From the NCBI GenBank assembly GCA_963555755.3, contig OY820905.2, forward strand, positions 3,328,001 to 3,392,000: a stretch of 64,000 bases of DNA, in the 5' to 3' direction. Below are positions 50,266 through 58,784 of this stretch, in pieces (within the stretch, counting starts at the first letter, position 1; each line of letters opens with the position of its first letter). Below the pieces are notes generated by a model. The model did not search any database. It saw only the letters and a program-made list of their open reading frames with translations, and was not told the origin of the DNA. The stretch comes from Nitrospirales bacterium. Lineage in GTDB: Bacteria; Nitrospirota; Nitrospiria; Nitrospirales; UBA8639. The position numbers and the translations under genes were made by a program.

Positions 50266-51762
50266 ATGACCTTTGATCTCACACTATCCGTCTCCGACCT
50301 CCTCCTTCTCGCACCAGAGATTTTTCTCACACTCTGGCTGTGTGTGGTGTTGGCCGTCGATTTTTCAATCAAAAATATAGATCACGAAAATCTCGCGTAC
50401 CTTTCGGTTGGCGGAATTATTGCCACGCTCATCAATCTGATTTGGTTCGATTATATCGGGGTCCACGGTGCATTGTTTAAGGACACGTTTGTCCTGGACG
50501 GCATGGCGATCTTCTTTAAAATCCTCATTCTGCTGTCCACCGCGCTCGTCTTGTTGATGTCTATCGATTACGTCAAGAATTTCCGCTTCTTTCGTGGCGA
50601 ATATTATTTCCTCGTCATGATGTCGGCCCTGGGCATGATGTTTATGGCATCAGCCCAGGATCTGTTGTCGGTGTTCGTGACGTTAGAGTTTTCCACATTC
50701 GGGTTTTATGTGTTGGTCGCGTACCTCAGAGAAGATGAACGGTCCAGCGAAGCGGGGCTGAAATTTTTTATTCTGGGAGTGTTTGCCGCGGGCCTATTGG
50801 CATACGGGATCAGTCTGGTCTACGGAGAAACCGGAACCTTTACATTCTCTGAAATGACATCGTCACCTGGAAGCTACGGTTTGGCAATTGGCTTTATCAT
50901 GATCTTTGCCGCCCTCGGTTTCAAAATCGGTGCGGTGCCATTTCACTCTTGGATTCCTGATACGTACCAAGGCGCTCCGACACCCGTTACCGCGTTTCTC
51001 TCCATCGCTCCGAAGGCAGCGGCATTAGCTATTCTCATTCGCATGTTCTATGTCGCGCTCATCACGTTTAAGCCGATGTGGGTGTTGCTGTTTGTCGTTG
51101 CCTCGATTGTCTCGATGACCTATGGCAACATTGTGGCCATAGCGCAGAAAAATATTAAACGGCTGCTGGCGTATTCCGGCATCGCCCAAATTGGCACTGT
51201 GATGATTGGGTTGGCCGCGGGAACCAAGCGCGGAAGTGATGCGATTCTGTTCTTTCTGTTAACCTACCTGTTCGCCAATCTCGGCGCGTTTGCTGTGGTT
51301 GTCGGCGTAAGTAACCTAATCAAGAGTGATGAAATCGAGGACTACAATGGCTTGAATCGCCGATCACCCTTCCTCGCAGCGGCCATGCTGCTCTTTCTTC
51401 TGTCGTTGGCAGGCGTGCCACCACTCGCTGGATTTATCGGGAAACTCTACATCTTTCTCGCCGCCATTGAACAAGAACTCTATACGCTGTTGATTGTCGG
51501 TCTGATCAACATCGTGATCTCACTGTATTACTACCTTATTGTGGTCAAAAAGATGTACATCAACGAACCCACCGATCCCACCCCTCTCACCGTCTCAGCC
51601 CCCCTCAAAACCGTCATCTTCGTCAGCATCGCTGGTACGCTGATCCTCGGCATCTACCCCAAACCCTTCATCGACTGGGCCGTCTCAGCCACCCTCATGT
51701 TTTCCAATCTTGTAGCTCCAACAGCAGCAGTGCCTGCCGTGAGTCATTTGGTGGGCGGCTGA
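50266..51762 (+). CDS. nuoN: NADH-quinone oxidoreductase subunit N
   Basis: SEAGLKFFILG, FKIGAVPFHSWIPDTYQGAPTP, KRLLAYSGI, SLAGVPP. Confidence 0.96.
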   Translation: MTFDLTLSVSDLLLLAPEIFLTLWLCVVLAVDFSIKNIDHENLAYLSVGGIIATLINLIWFDYIGVHGALFKDTFVLDGMAIFFKILILLSTALVLLMSIDYVKNFRFFRGEYYFLVMMSALGMMFMASAQDLLSVFVTLEFSTFGFYVLVAYLREDERSSEAGLKFFILGVFAAGLLAYGISLVYGETGTFTFSEMTSSPGSYGLAIGFIMIFAALGFKIGAVPFHSWIPDTYQGAPTPVTAFLSIAPKAAALAILIRMFYVALITFKPMWVLLFVVASIVSMTYGNIVAIAQKNIKRLLAYSGIAQIGTVMIGLAAGTKRGSDAILFFLLTYLFANLGAFAVVVGVSNLIKSDEIEDYNGLNRRSPFLAAAMLLFLLSLAGVPPLAGFIGKLYIFLAAIEQELYTLLIVGLINIVISLYYYLIVVKKMYINEPTDPTPLTVSAPLKTVIFVSIAGTLILGIYPKPFIDWAVSATLMFSNLVAPTAAVPAVSHLVGG

Positions 51763-51970
51763 TATCCCTTCCTTCCTAAGTATATTCTCACTTATGAAAA
51801 ACTCATTGTAGTTGTAAAAGAAGCTTCAAGGAAAAATATTTCTCAAGCAGAGCTTGGACAACGAATCAAACAGCTTGGAGAAGTGGCGATTACCATTGCC
51901 AAAAAGGTAGGTGTCTTGGCTGCGACCATAGCCCTATAATGAGCTGAAGGGAGAGTTGCGTAGGGGAGGG

Positions 51971-52216
51971 TTACTTCGATTTCCTTACATAAGCCTTATA
52001 GACCATTTTAGGATCGGCTTCTTCTTCTTCAAGTCCTACCATTTCATGGCCGGTGGTTTGGCACCAGGCGGGCATGTCTTTTTTGATGCCTTCGTCGTCG
52101 GATAGTACTTCGAGGACTTGGCCCATGGTGAGTTGTTTGATTTTCTTTGAAGTCATTATTATGGGCATGGGGCAGAAATAACCTAGGGTATCAAGTGTGG
52201 TGTCGGATTCGATCAT
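51971..52216 (-). CDS. tusA: TusA family sulfur carrier
   Basis: LDTLGYFCPMP, LEVLSDD, DMPAWC. Confidence 0.9.
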   Translation of the reverse strand: MIESDTTLDTLGYFCPMPIIMTSKKIKQLTMGQVLEVLSDDEGIKKDMPAWCQTTGHEMVGLEEEEADPKMVYKAYVRKSK

Positions 52217-52307
52217 TTAATTAGCTCCAATTTAATCATGAAAAAAGATTAACCCCTCACCCTTCCCTCTCCCCTCAGTGGCGAGGGTAGTTCTCTATAC
52301 TTATTTC

Positions 52308-52838
52308 TCAAATAAACAAATTCACAGCGCCGTCTTTGGCTTCCGCAAGATAGGTGGAGACGCCGGCAAGTTGGTCAATGCCATCAATCAGCGTATCTTT
52401 TGAAATCCCGAGTAAGCCAAGGGTCGTTGTGCACGCGATCATGTTCACGCCAAGATCTTGAGCAGTTTCCAGCAGCTCAGGAACAGAGGGCATCCGGTTG
52501 TCTTTCATGACCTTCTTCATCATGATGGAGCCCAAGCCGCCAAAGTGAAATCTTGACAGTGGAAGGTTCTTCGCGCCTCCTTTGTTCAGCCAACCAAAGG
52601 CCTTGCGGAGAAAGTCTTTGGCAGAACTTGTGGCGCCTTCCTTTCGAATGACATTCAATCCCCAGAAGGTAAAAAACATGGTGACTTGCATGCCCATGGC
52701 CGCGGCGCCGGTGGCGATGATAAAGGCGGCCATGGCTTTATCCATATCTCCACTCAGAAGCACGATCGTTACCTTATCAGGTTTGGTTTCTTGAAGTTGA
52801 GCGAGAGTTGTAGCGGGTTCAACTTGTGTCATACTCAT
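52308..52838 (-). CDS. DsrE/DsrF/DrsH-like (DsrE2) sulfurtransferase
   Basis: SGDMDKAMAAFIIATGAAAMG, FFTFWGL, IACTTT, NLFI. Confidence 0.9.
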   Translation of the reverse strand: MSMTQVEPATTLAQLQETKPDKVTIVLLSGDMDKAMAAFIIATGAAAMGMQVTMFFTFWGLNVIRKEGATSSAKDFLRKAFGWLNKGGAKNLPLSRFHFGGLGSIMMKKVMKDNRMPSVPELLETAQDLGVNMIACTTTLGLLGISKDTLIDGIDQLAGVSTYLAEAKDGAVNLFI

Positions 52839-53056
52839 AAGTTCACCTATCGCATTGTATGGGAGTTAGCATGTATCTTTTCACTCTACCCCACTTTTTT
52901 TGTGCACAGAAAGCCCAGGCTCTGAAGGTGGAGAAAGAAGGAAAAGCCAGTATTTTCAACTATAATATGGCCTTTTGGGGGTTGTCAAGAAAGAGGGTTT
53001 GGGGTATGAATCCTTAGCCCAACAAATCTACGCTTGTTAGAAATGGATATCCCAGA

Positions 53057-53980
53057 ATGGCAGCACCCATCATCGAATGTGTGGCAAACTGCAGTGAGGG
53101 GCGCAATAGCGAAACGATTCATGCGCTCGCCCACGCGATCAATACCGTCAAAGACGTAAGCCTTTTGGACCAACACCATGATGTTGACCATCATCGGTGT
53201 GTGTTGACCTTTGCCGGGTCGCCTGAGGGGGTGGCCCAAGCCGCATTTAAATTAGTGAAAACGTCAACCAGGTTGATCGATATGCGTCACCATACGGGGC
53301 AGCATCCACGAATTGGCGCCACCGATGTTCTGCCATTTATCCCGCTTGACGGCGCAACGATGGGCCAGTGTGTGGATCTGGCCAGGAGCCTGGGAAAACG
53401 CATTGGCGATGAGCTTGAAATCCCCGTGTTCCTCTATGAGGAAGCGTGTGATCAACCTCACCGCAAACCGCTTGAAGCCATTCGCCGTGGGGGCTTACCT
53501 GATCTTGCGTCACGGATGGAGTCCGATCCGGCCTGGCTGCCTGATTTCGGTCCGGAGCATCCCCACCCCACGGCCGGGGCGGTAGCGATTGGAGTGCGTC
53601 ATTCGCTGATTGCCTATAATATCGTGCTGAACACGAGCGACCTAGCTATTGCCCAAGCCATTGCCAAGGTCATTCGGGCGTCCAGCGGCGGTTTGCCAGC
53701 GGTGAAGGCACTGGGCATGGAGCTAAAAACTCAAGGCTTCGTCCAGGTATCCATGAATCTCACGAATTATCGCAAAACCCCGCTCCATGTGGTGTTTGAA
53801 AAAGTCAAAGAAGAAGCGGAACAACGTGGAGTGTCGATCAAGGGGAGTGAGCTGGTTGGGTTAATCCCACAAGAGGCGGCCACTCAGGCTGCGGCACACG
53901 ATCTGAAATGTGATTCATTGGATTCCGATCACATTCTTGAGTCTCGCTTGCGCCGTTGTCAGACGGACAAATTGGAATGA
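53057..53980 (+). CDS. ftcd: Glutamate formiminotransferase
   Basis: IECVANCSEGR, DHHRCVLT, HPRIGATDV, QVSMNL, SELVGL. Confidence 0.92.
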   Translation: MAAPIIECVANCSEGRNSETIHALAHAINTVKDVSLLDQHHDVDHHRCVLTFAGSPEGVAQAAFKLVKTSTRLIDMRHHTGQHPRIGATDVLPFIPLDGATMGQCVDLARSLGKRIGDELEIPVFLYEEACDQPHRKPLEAIRRGGLPDLASRMESDPAWLPDFGPEHPHPTAGAVAIGVRHSLIAYNIVLNTSDLAIAQAIAKVIRASSGGLPAVKALGMELKTQGFVQVSMNLTNYRKTPLHVVFEKVKEEAEQRGVSIKGSELVGLIPQEAATQAAAHDLKCDSLDSDHILESRLRRCQTDKLE

Positions 53981-54111
53981 ACAATAGTGAACGCGGGCTG
54001 GATCCGCGGGTTTTGTGATTGTGGAATCACAGTGTATTTCATGATATGGTTTCCTAAGGGTCAAGTAAGGGTATTTTTCGGCCCTTATTTGTACAAAGAA
54101 ATCACAGCAAC

Positions 54112-54152
54112 TTCTGAGGTTCTGAGTTCATGGGGTTCAAGGTTCAGGGTTT
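54112..54152. repeat. Left arm of heptamer cassette (GGTTCAG-type) upstream of four-helix-bundle gene
   Basis: GGTTCTG AGTTCAT GG GGTTCAA GGTTCAG GGTT; reverse complement of downstream array units. Confidence 0.75.
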
Positions 54153-54159
54153 ATGAAAG

Positions 54160-54552
54160 ATGAAAATTGAACGATTTGAAGATATTGAAGCATGGCAACT
54201 GGCGCGTGAGTTGACCCGAAAAGTGTATGGACTGGCGAAGAAGCCAGTATTTGCCAAAGATTATGGGTTAAAGAAACAGATACAAAATGCTGCTGGATCG
54301 TCGATGCATAATATCGCTGAAGGGTTCGATTCAGAGACGAATCCTGAATTTATCCGGTTCTTACGGTACGCCAAGCGGTCTTGCACGGAAGTTCAGAGTG
54401 AGTTGTATTTAGCTTTGGACGAAGAGTACATCTCGTCCGATGAATTCAAAGAAACCTTCGAGCTTGCTGGACGAACCCGTGCTGCTGTTAGGGGATTCAT
54501 TAACTATCTCAAGAAATTTGAGGAACACAACAAGGCGATCCATGAACGGTGA
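54160..54552 (+). CDS. Four helix bundle protein (23S rRNA IVP / S23-like, Avd-like fold)
   Basis: FEDIEAWQLAREL, YGLKKQIQNAAGSSMHNIAEGF, FIRFLRYAKRSCTEVQSEL. Confidence 0.93.
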   Translation: MKIERFEDIEAWQLARELTRKVYGLAKKPVFAKDYGLKKQIQNAAGSSMHNIAEGFDSETNPEFIRFLRYAKRSCTEVQSELYLALDEEYISSDEFKETFELAGRTRAAVRGFINYLKKFEEHNKAIHER

Positions 54553-54827
54553 CCCCTGAACCATGAACGGTGACCCCTGAACCATGAACGGTGACCCCTG
54601 AACCATGAACGGTGAACCCTGAACCCTGAACCTTGAACCCTGAACCTTGAACCCTGAACCTTGAACGGTGACCCCTGAACCTTGAACGGTGACCCCTGAA
54701 CCTTGAACGGTGACCCCTGAACCTTGAACGGTGACCCCTGAACCTTGAACGGTGACCCCTGAACCATGAACGGTGACCCCTGAACCTTGAACGGTGAACC
54801 CTGAACCTTGAACGGTGAACCCTGAAC
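54541..54827 (+). repeat. Tandem array of 41 heptamers (NNTGAMC) with 21-bp higher-order period
   Basis: Units CATGAAC/CTTGAAC, GGTGACC/GGTGAAC, CCTGAAC; array begins in the last codons of the gene. Confidence 0.95.
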
Positions 54828-54884
54828 CTGACAGCCTGAGTCGTTAACAATCATCCAACCCTTGTTTCCCTAAAGGAGAGTCGT

Positions 54885-55304
54885 ATGCCAGGAACGAATA
54901 TTCGAGAGACTAAGTTTGGACAAATGACAGTCGGGCAATTGATGGAAAAATGCGTGCAGTCTGCCAACAGGGACTCGAAGGCGGAATTGCTCGCTTCGTA
55001 TATGATGGAGGGGTTTGGCTCGGTGCCGATCATTGACAATTCGGAAAATTTAGTTGGCATTGTGTCAGAGTTTGACTTATTGAAAGCCCTGAGAAAAGGC
55101 AACAAACTAGGCGAGGTCTTGGCTGGTGATATCATGACTCCGAATCCTATTTCAGCCTTTCAGGGTATGGATGTGCCAGCGCTCATTGATATTTTGCAAA
55201 ACAATCATCTCATTCGGGTGCCGGTGATCGATGGTAATGGAAAATTGATCGGGATTGTCGCTCGACGGGATATCCTCCGCGGTTACCTCCAATCTGGCAG
55301 CTAA
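54885..55304 (+). CDS. CBS domain protein
   Basis: LVGIVSEFDLL, RVPVID..GKLIGIVARRDIL; AAGGAG RBS. Confidence 0.9.
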   Translation: MPGTNIRETKFGQMTVGQLMEKCVQSANRDSKAELLASYMMEGFGSVPIIDNSENLVGIVSEFDLLKALRKGNKLGEVLAGDIMTPNPISAFQGMDVPALIDILQNNHLIRVPVIDGNGKLIGIVARRDILRGYLQSGS

Positions 55305-55317
55305 ATCCACAACCAAC

Positions 55318-55438
55318 GGGCCTGCTGCAAAAGCCCGCCAGCGGCGTTCTCAGGCCTTTGTCGTGCTCACGTACTTCATGTACGCTCCGCGCGCCAAAGT
55401 CCCTGCGGCCTTGCTGGACGAACTTTTTCAACAAGCCC
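55318..55438. mobile_element. Minimal family-B MITE (121 bp)
   Basis: Core GCCAGCGGCGTTCTC...GCTCACGTAC..GTACGCTCCGCGCG...CTGCGGCCTTGCTGG with imperfect TIRs. Confidence 0.8.
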
Positions 55439-55453
55439 AAAAGAGGCTTTCAC

Positions 55454-56275
55454 GTGCGACAGTTTGCCGATCGAATCGTTAAGACTGCTGGTTTTGAATA
55501 TTTCATCATTGCCCTCATTATCGGCAATGGCGCATTGCTTGGAATGGAAACGTCTCCGGCATTGGTTCAGGCCTATGGGGATTGGTTTCACCTGGGCAAT
55601 CAACTCGTTCTTGGCGTATTTATCATTGAAGCATTATTAAAGATGACGGCCGTCGCGCCTCGAGTCGGGCGCTATTTCCAGGATAGCTGGAACATCTTTG
55701 ACTTTTCAGTCATTGTCTTTTCTCTCATTCCGGCAACTGGGGATTTTGCCATGATTGCTCGGCTTGCCCGCTTGTTGCGGGTTGTCCGTCTGATTTCCAC
55801 GATCCCCGAGCTTCGGCTTATTGTCTCGACCTTGGTTCGCTCAATCCCCAGCATGGGGCATGTGATGCTCTTAATGGGGGTGATTTTTTATATCTATGCC
55901 ATCACCGGGTATCAGCTGTTTCATGAACACGATCCCACTCACTGGCGATCGCTGGGCATTGCCCTGCTCACACTCTTCCGCGTGGTCACGCTCGAAGATT
56001 GGACGGACATCATGTACACCGCCATGGAATTTCATGACCTCGCCTGGATCTATTTTGTGAGTTTCGTGGTGGTAGGAACTTTCGTGGTGGTCAATTTATT
56101 CATCGCGGTCGTGATCAATAACCTAGACGAAGCCAAGGCAGAGCGTCTTCGAGAGTTGGAGCCACCAGTCTCGCGAGAAGAAATCTTGAGTGATTTGCGG
56201 TCAACTCAAAAAGCCTTACAACGGTTAGAGGAACGATTGGAACGCCACGGTCAGCATATACCTGAAGGGAACTAA
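55454..56275 (+). CDS. Bacterial voltage-gated cation channel (BacNav-like)
   Basis: WNIFDF (S3), RLARLLRVVR (S4), filter TLEDWTD, NLFIAVVIN (S6), coiled-coil tail; GTG after AGAGG. Confidence 0.92.
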   Translation: MRQFADRIVKTAGFEYFIIALIIGNGALLGMETSPALVQAYGDWFHLGNQLVLGVFIIEALLKMTAVAPRVGRYFQDSWNIFDFSVIVFSLIPATGDFAMIARLARLLRVVRLISTIPELRLIVSTLVRSIPSMGHVMLLMGVIFYIYAITGYQLFHEHDPTHWRSLGIALLTLFRVVTLEDWTDIMYTAMEFHDLAWIYFVSFVVVGTFVVVNLFIAVVINNLDEAKAERLRELEPPVSREEILSDLRSTQKALQRLEERLERHGQHIPEGN

Positions 56276-56316
56276 CTATAGATCAAGTCCAGGCAATCAA
56301 TGTGACAAGAATATGG

Positions 56317-57405
56317 TTAGTACTGGAGCTGTTTGCCAATCGTCGAAAGTCCCTTCTGAAAATCCTCTTGCTTCAACATAGAAGCCCATGATAGGCGAAT
56401 CGCCGGCATGTCATTTGCTGGATAGTCTACAAATGGTTTCACAATAATTCCAAAGTCTAAGGCAAGCTGCTTGGCAAATTGGACATGATCTAAGTCAGAC
56501 TTTCCTTTGAATGTGAGGATGCCAGGGGCATGTGGTCCCTCCCATTCCAGGACATGACAACCTTGAATCCGGCCTAACTGTTCTTTTGCCTCCTTCTGAA
56601 AATTTAGGAGTTGTTCTGTCTCGATTCCCTTTTGATGTCTGTGTTCACAGGCCTGAGCCAACCCCGCAATGAGTCCGATGTTGTGTGTTCCGATTTCAAA
56701 TTGGGAGGCTAGCGGCCACCCTGGATTTTCCGATTGAATCTGTTGGTAATTCGGGTGCTGGAAAAAGCCATCTCGCACCACCATCGCCCCCGTGCCGAGG
56801 GGGCCCTGACACCACTTGTGTCCAGTAAGCAGGTAGACATCGAAATCCAACATGCTCAGGTCTACAGCGATATGTCCCACAGCTTGCGCACCATCGATGA
56901 TGACCACACACTGGTGTTCTTTGGCTAAAACTGAAATGTCGTGTATGGGAAAAACCCGGCCATCCACGTGAGACACATGGCTCATTACGAGGGCTTTGGG
57001 GTGGTGTTGGTTGATTTGATGTTTGAATTCTTTGATGAATTCGCCAGGGCTGACCGGCTTAATCGCGTGAATGTGAATGCCTCGGGGCTCAAGGGCGAAC
57101 AGTTGACTCGTGATGGAAGGATTTTCGTGCGTGGTGGTCAGAATGGTATCGCCCGATTTCCAATTCAATGAGGAGAGTATGAGAAAATGAGCGGTAGATG
57201 CATTCGAGACGAATGCAATGGTCGAGGGATCCGAAACATGTAATAACGAGCCAACCTTTTGCCGGCAATCACGAATTTTGTTGAGATACCACTCAATGCC
57301 GGCATCGGAATACAGATAGTGCTTGAACTCGGTCAGCGTACGTTCAACTTCCTGTTCAGCCTCTGGGAGAGTCGGGCACAATGCCGCGTAATTGAGATAG
57401 ATCAT
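56317..57405 (-). CDS. Class-V PLP enzyme, probable ergothioneine C-S lyase (EgtE-like)
   Basis: YLNYAA, IDGAQAVG, TGHKW..GP.GTG; directly downstream of egtD. Confidence 0.7.
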   Translation of the reverse strand: MIYLNYAALCPTLPEAEQEVERTLTEFKHYLYSDAGIEWYLNKIRDCRQKVGSLLHVSDPSTIAFVSNASTAHFLILSSLNWKSGDTILTTTHENPSITSQLFALEPRGIHIHAIKPVSPGEFIKEFKHQINQHHPKALVMSHVSHVDGRVFPIHDISVLAKEHQCVVIIDGAQAVGHIAVDLSMLDFDVYLLTGHKWCQGPLGTGAMVVRDGFFQHPNYQQIQSENPGWPLASQFEIGTHNIGLIAGLAQACEHRHQKGIETEQLLNFQKEAKEQLGRIQGCHVLEWEGPHAPGILTFKGKSDLDHVQFAKQLALDFGIIVKPFVDYPANDMPAIRLSWASMLKQEDFQKGLSTIGKQLQY

Positions 57406-57475
57406 GCGTGATCACGCAAAGAAAGAAAATTCATGAGCCAAGTAGCTCAAGGAAGCGAGTACAAGAAATAGCCAA

Positions 57476-57641
57476 GGGGCTGTTCAAAAAGGCCGTTGTC
57501 TGACCCGCCCAACCCAGGCGCGCCAAGACGCGCCCTTCCACAGGCAAGGCCGCAGGTACTTTGGCGCGCGGAGCGTACTCACAGTACGTGAGCACGACAA
57601 AGGGCCGAGAACGCCGCTGGGCGGCCTTTTTGAACAGCCCC
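57476..57641. mobile_element. Family-B MITE abutting egtD stop codon
   Basis: TIR GGGGCTGTTCAAAAAGGCCG / CGGCCTTTTTGAACAGCCCC. Confidence 0.88.
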
Positions 57642-58619
57642 TTATCGCTTTTTCGCTAAGGCGAGACCGTGAAGATGGTTGGAATCAGTGTACCACTCAA
57701 CAGGACTAAAACCTGCCCCGGTTAACAGGGCTTCTACCTGGTGCCGGGTATATTTCGTGCTGATTTCCGTGAGAATCTCTTCGCCTTCGTGGAGATGAAG
57801 GTTTAAATCCAATTCGGGAATGGGAATGACTTGCTCTCGAATCGATCGAAGATGCATTTCAATACGGTGCATGTCATGATTGAAACGAGCCACATGTTGA
57901 AAAGCATCCTGGTCAAACTCGGCCCCAATGACAGATTGTAAGACGCGCAACATATTTTTGTTAAAGGCGGCCGTGATTCCTGCTGAATCATTGTAGGCGG
58001 CTTCTAAACGATCGACATGGGTGATGAGTTGGACCCCAAGAAGGAAAAAATCTCCTTGGTCCATTTCATCATAGATCGATGACAAAAAGGCCTGGCTGGC
58101 CTCAGGTCCCAGGTTGCCGATGGTGCCACCTAAAATAACGACCAAGCGTCGTCCGCCATCGGGAATGTGTTCCAAGTGTGCAAGAAAATCTCCAACCACG
58201 CCATGAACCTGTAAACCTTCATATTCCTCAGCAAGTTCTTGAGCCACTCGTCGTACAATACCTTCGCTGAAATCAAACGGTACATAGAACCGGAGCTGTT
58301 TCGCGCGAGTCATGGCATCCAATAACACCCGGGTTTTGGTGGCGGCGCCTGATCCCAACTCCACTAATTCATCCGCGCCCGTTTTGGCGACGACATCATC
58401 GGCTACGGCTTCAAGTAATTGGTGCTCGGTTCGAGTTTGATAGTATTCCGGCAATTCGCAAATTTGCTCAAAGAGGGTAGACCCCCGATCATCGTAGAAA
58501 TATTTGGTCGGGAATTTTTTTGGTGTCGAAAGTAATCCATCACGAATTTCTTCTTTAATGGCTTCAGGGTCTTGGGTGTGCACATGGACATCGATAATGA
58601 CATTGGATTGATCAAGCAT
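57642..58619 (-). CDS. egtD: L-histidine N-alpha-trimethyltransferase
   Basis: KYFYDDRGS.LFEQICELPEYYQTRTE, ELGSG, GGTIGN, AYNDSAG.TAAFN, EISTKY. Confidence 0.93.
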   Translation of the reverse strand: MLDQSNVIIDVHVHTQDPEAIKEEIRDGLLSTPKKFPTKYFYDDRGSTLFEQICELPEYYQTRTEHQLLEAVADDVVAKTGADELVELGSGAATKTRVLLDAMTRAKQLRFYVPFDFSEGIVRRVAQELAEEYEGLQVHGVVGDFLAHLEHIPDGGRRLVVILGGTIGNLGPEASQAFLSSIYDEMDQGDFFLLGVQLITHVDRLEAAYNDSAGITAAFNKNMLRVLQSVIGAEFDQDAFQHVARFNHDMHRIEMHLRSIREQVIPIPELDLNLHLHEGEEILTEISTKYTRHQVEALLTGAGFSPVEWYTDSNHLHGLALAKKR

Positions 58620-58784
58620 GGAATCGATTCCTTAACAGTGATGAAAACGTGATGGGTAATGGTGTTGAGAAGAGTCAGCCTAGAAACTGCCATTCTAGGT
58701 TCAGTCAGCAGGTCTCAAACTGTATCGCGTTGCTCAAAATTATGCAAGACTTGAGAGACGCGTGATTTCTCCTGCTTGGTCAAT

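Noticed and set aside
51760..51939. Programmed TGA readthrough extending NuoN
   Set aside because: NuoN is already full length, no SECIS-like hairpin is evident, and in-frame adjacency has a one-in-three chance
54160..54552. DGR (Avd) or 23S rRNA intervening sequence
   Set aside because: No reverse transcriptase, template/variable repeat pair or rRNA in the window
54541..54827. Possible CRISPR array
   Set aside because: Contiguous 7/21-bp units with no unique spacers and no cas genes
54409..54854. Minus-strand ORFs with VQGSPFK / FRGHRSR repeats
   Set aside because: Translations of the heptamer array, antisense to real genes
55358..55453. N-terminal extension of the ion channel (also ruvA 32498-32536)
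   Set aside because: Derived from an adjacent MITE; better starts at 55454 and 32497
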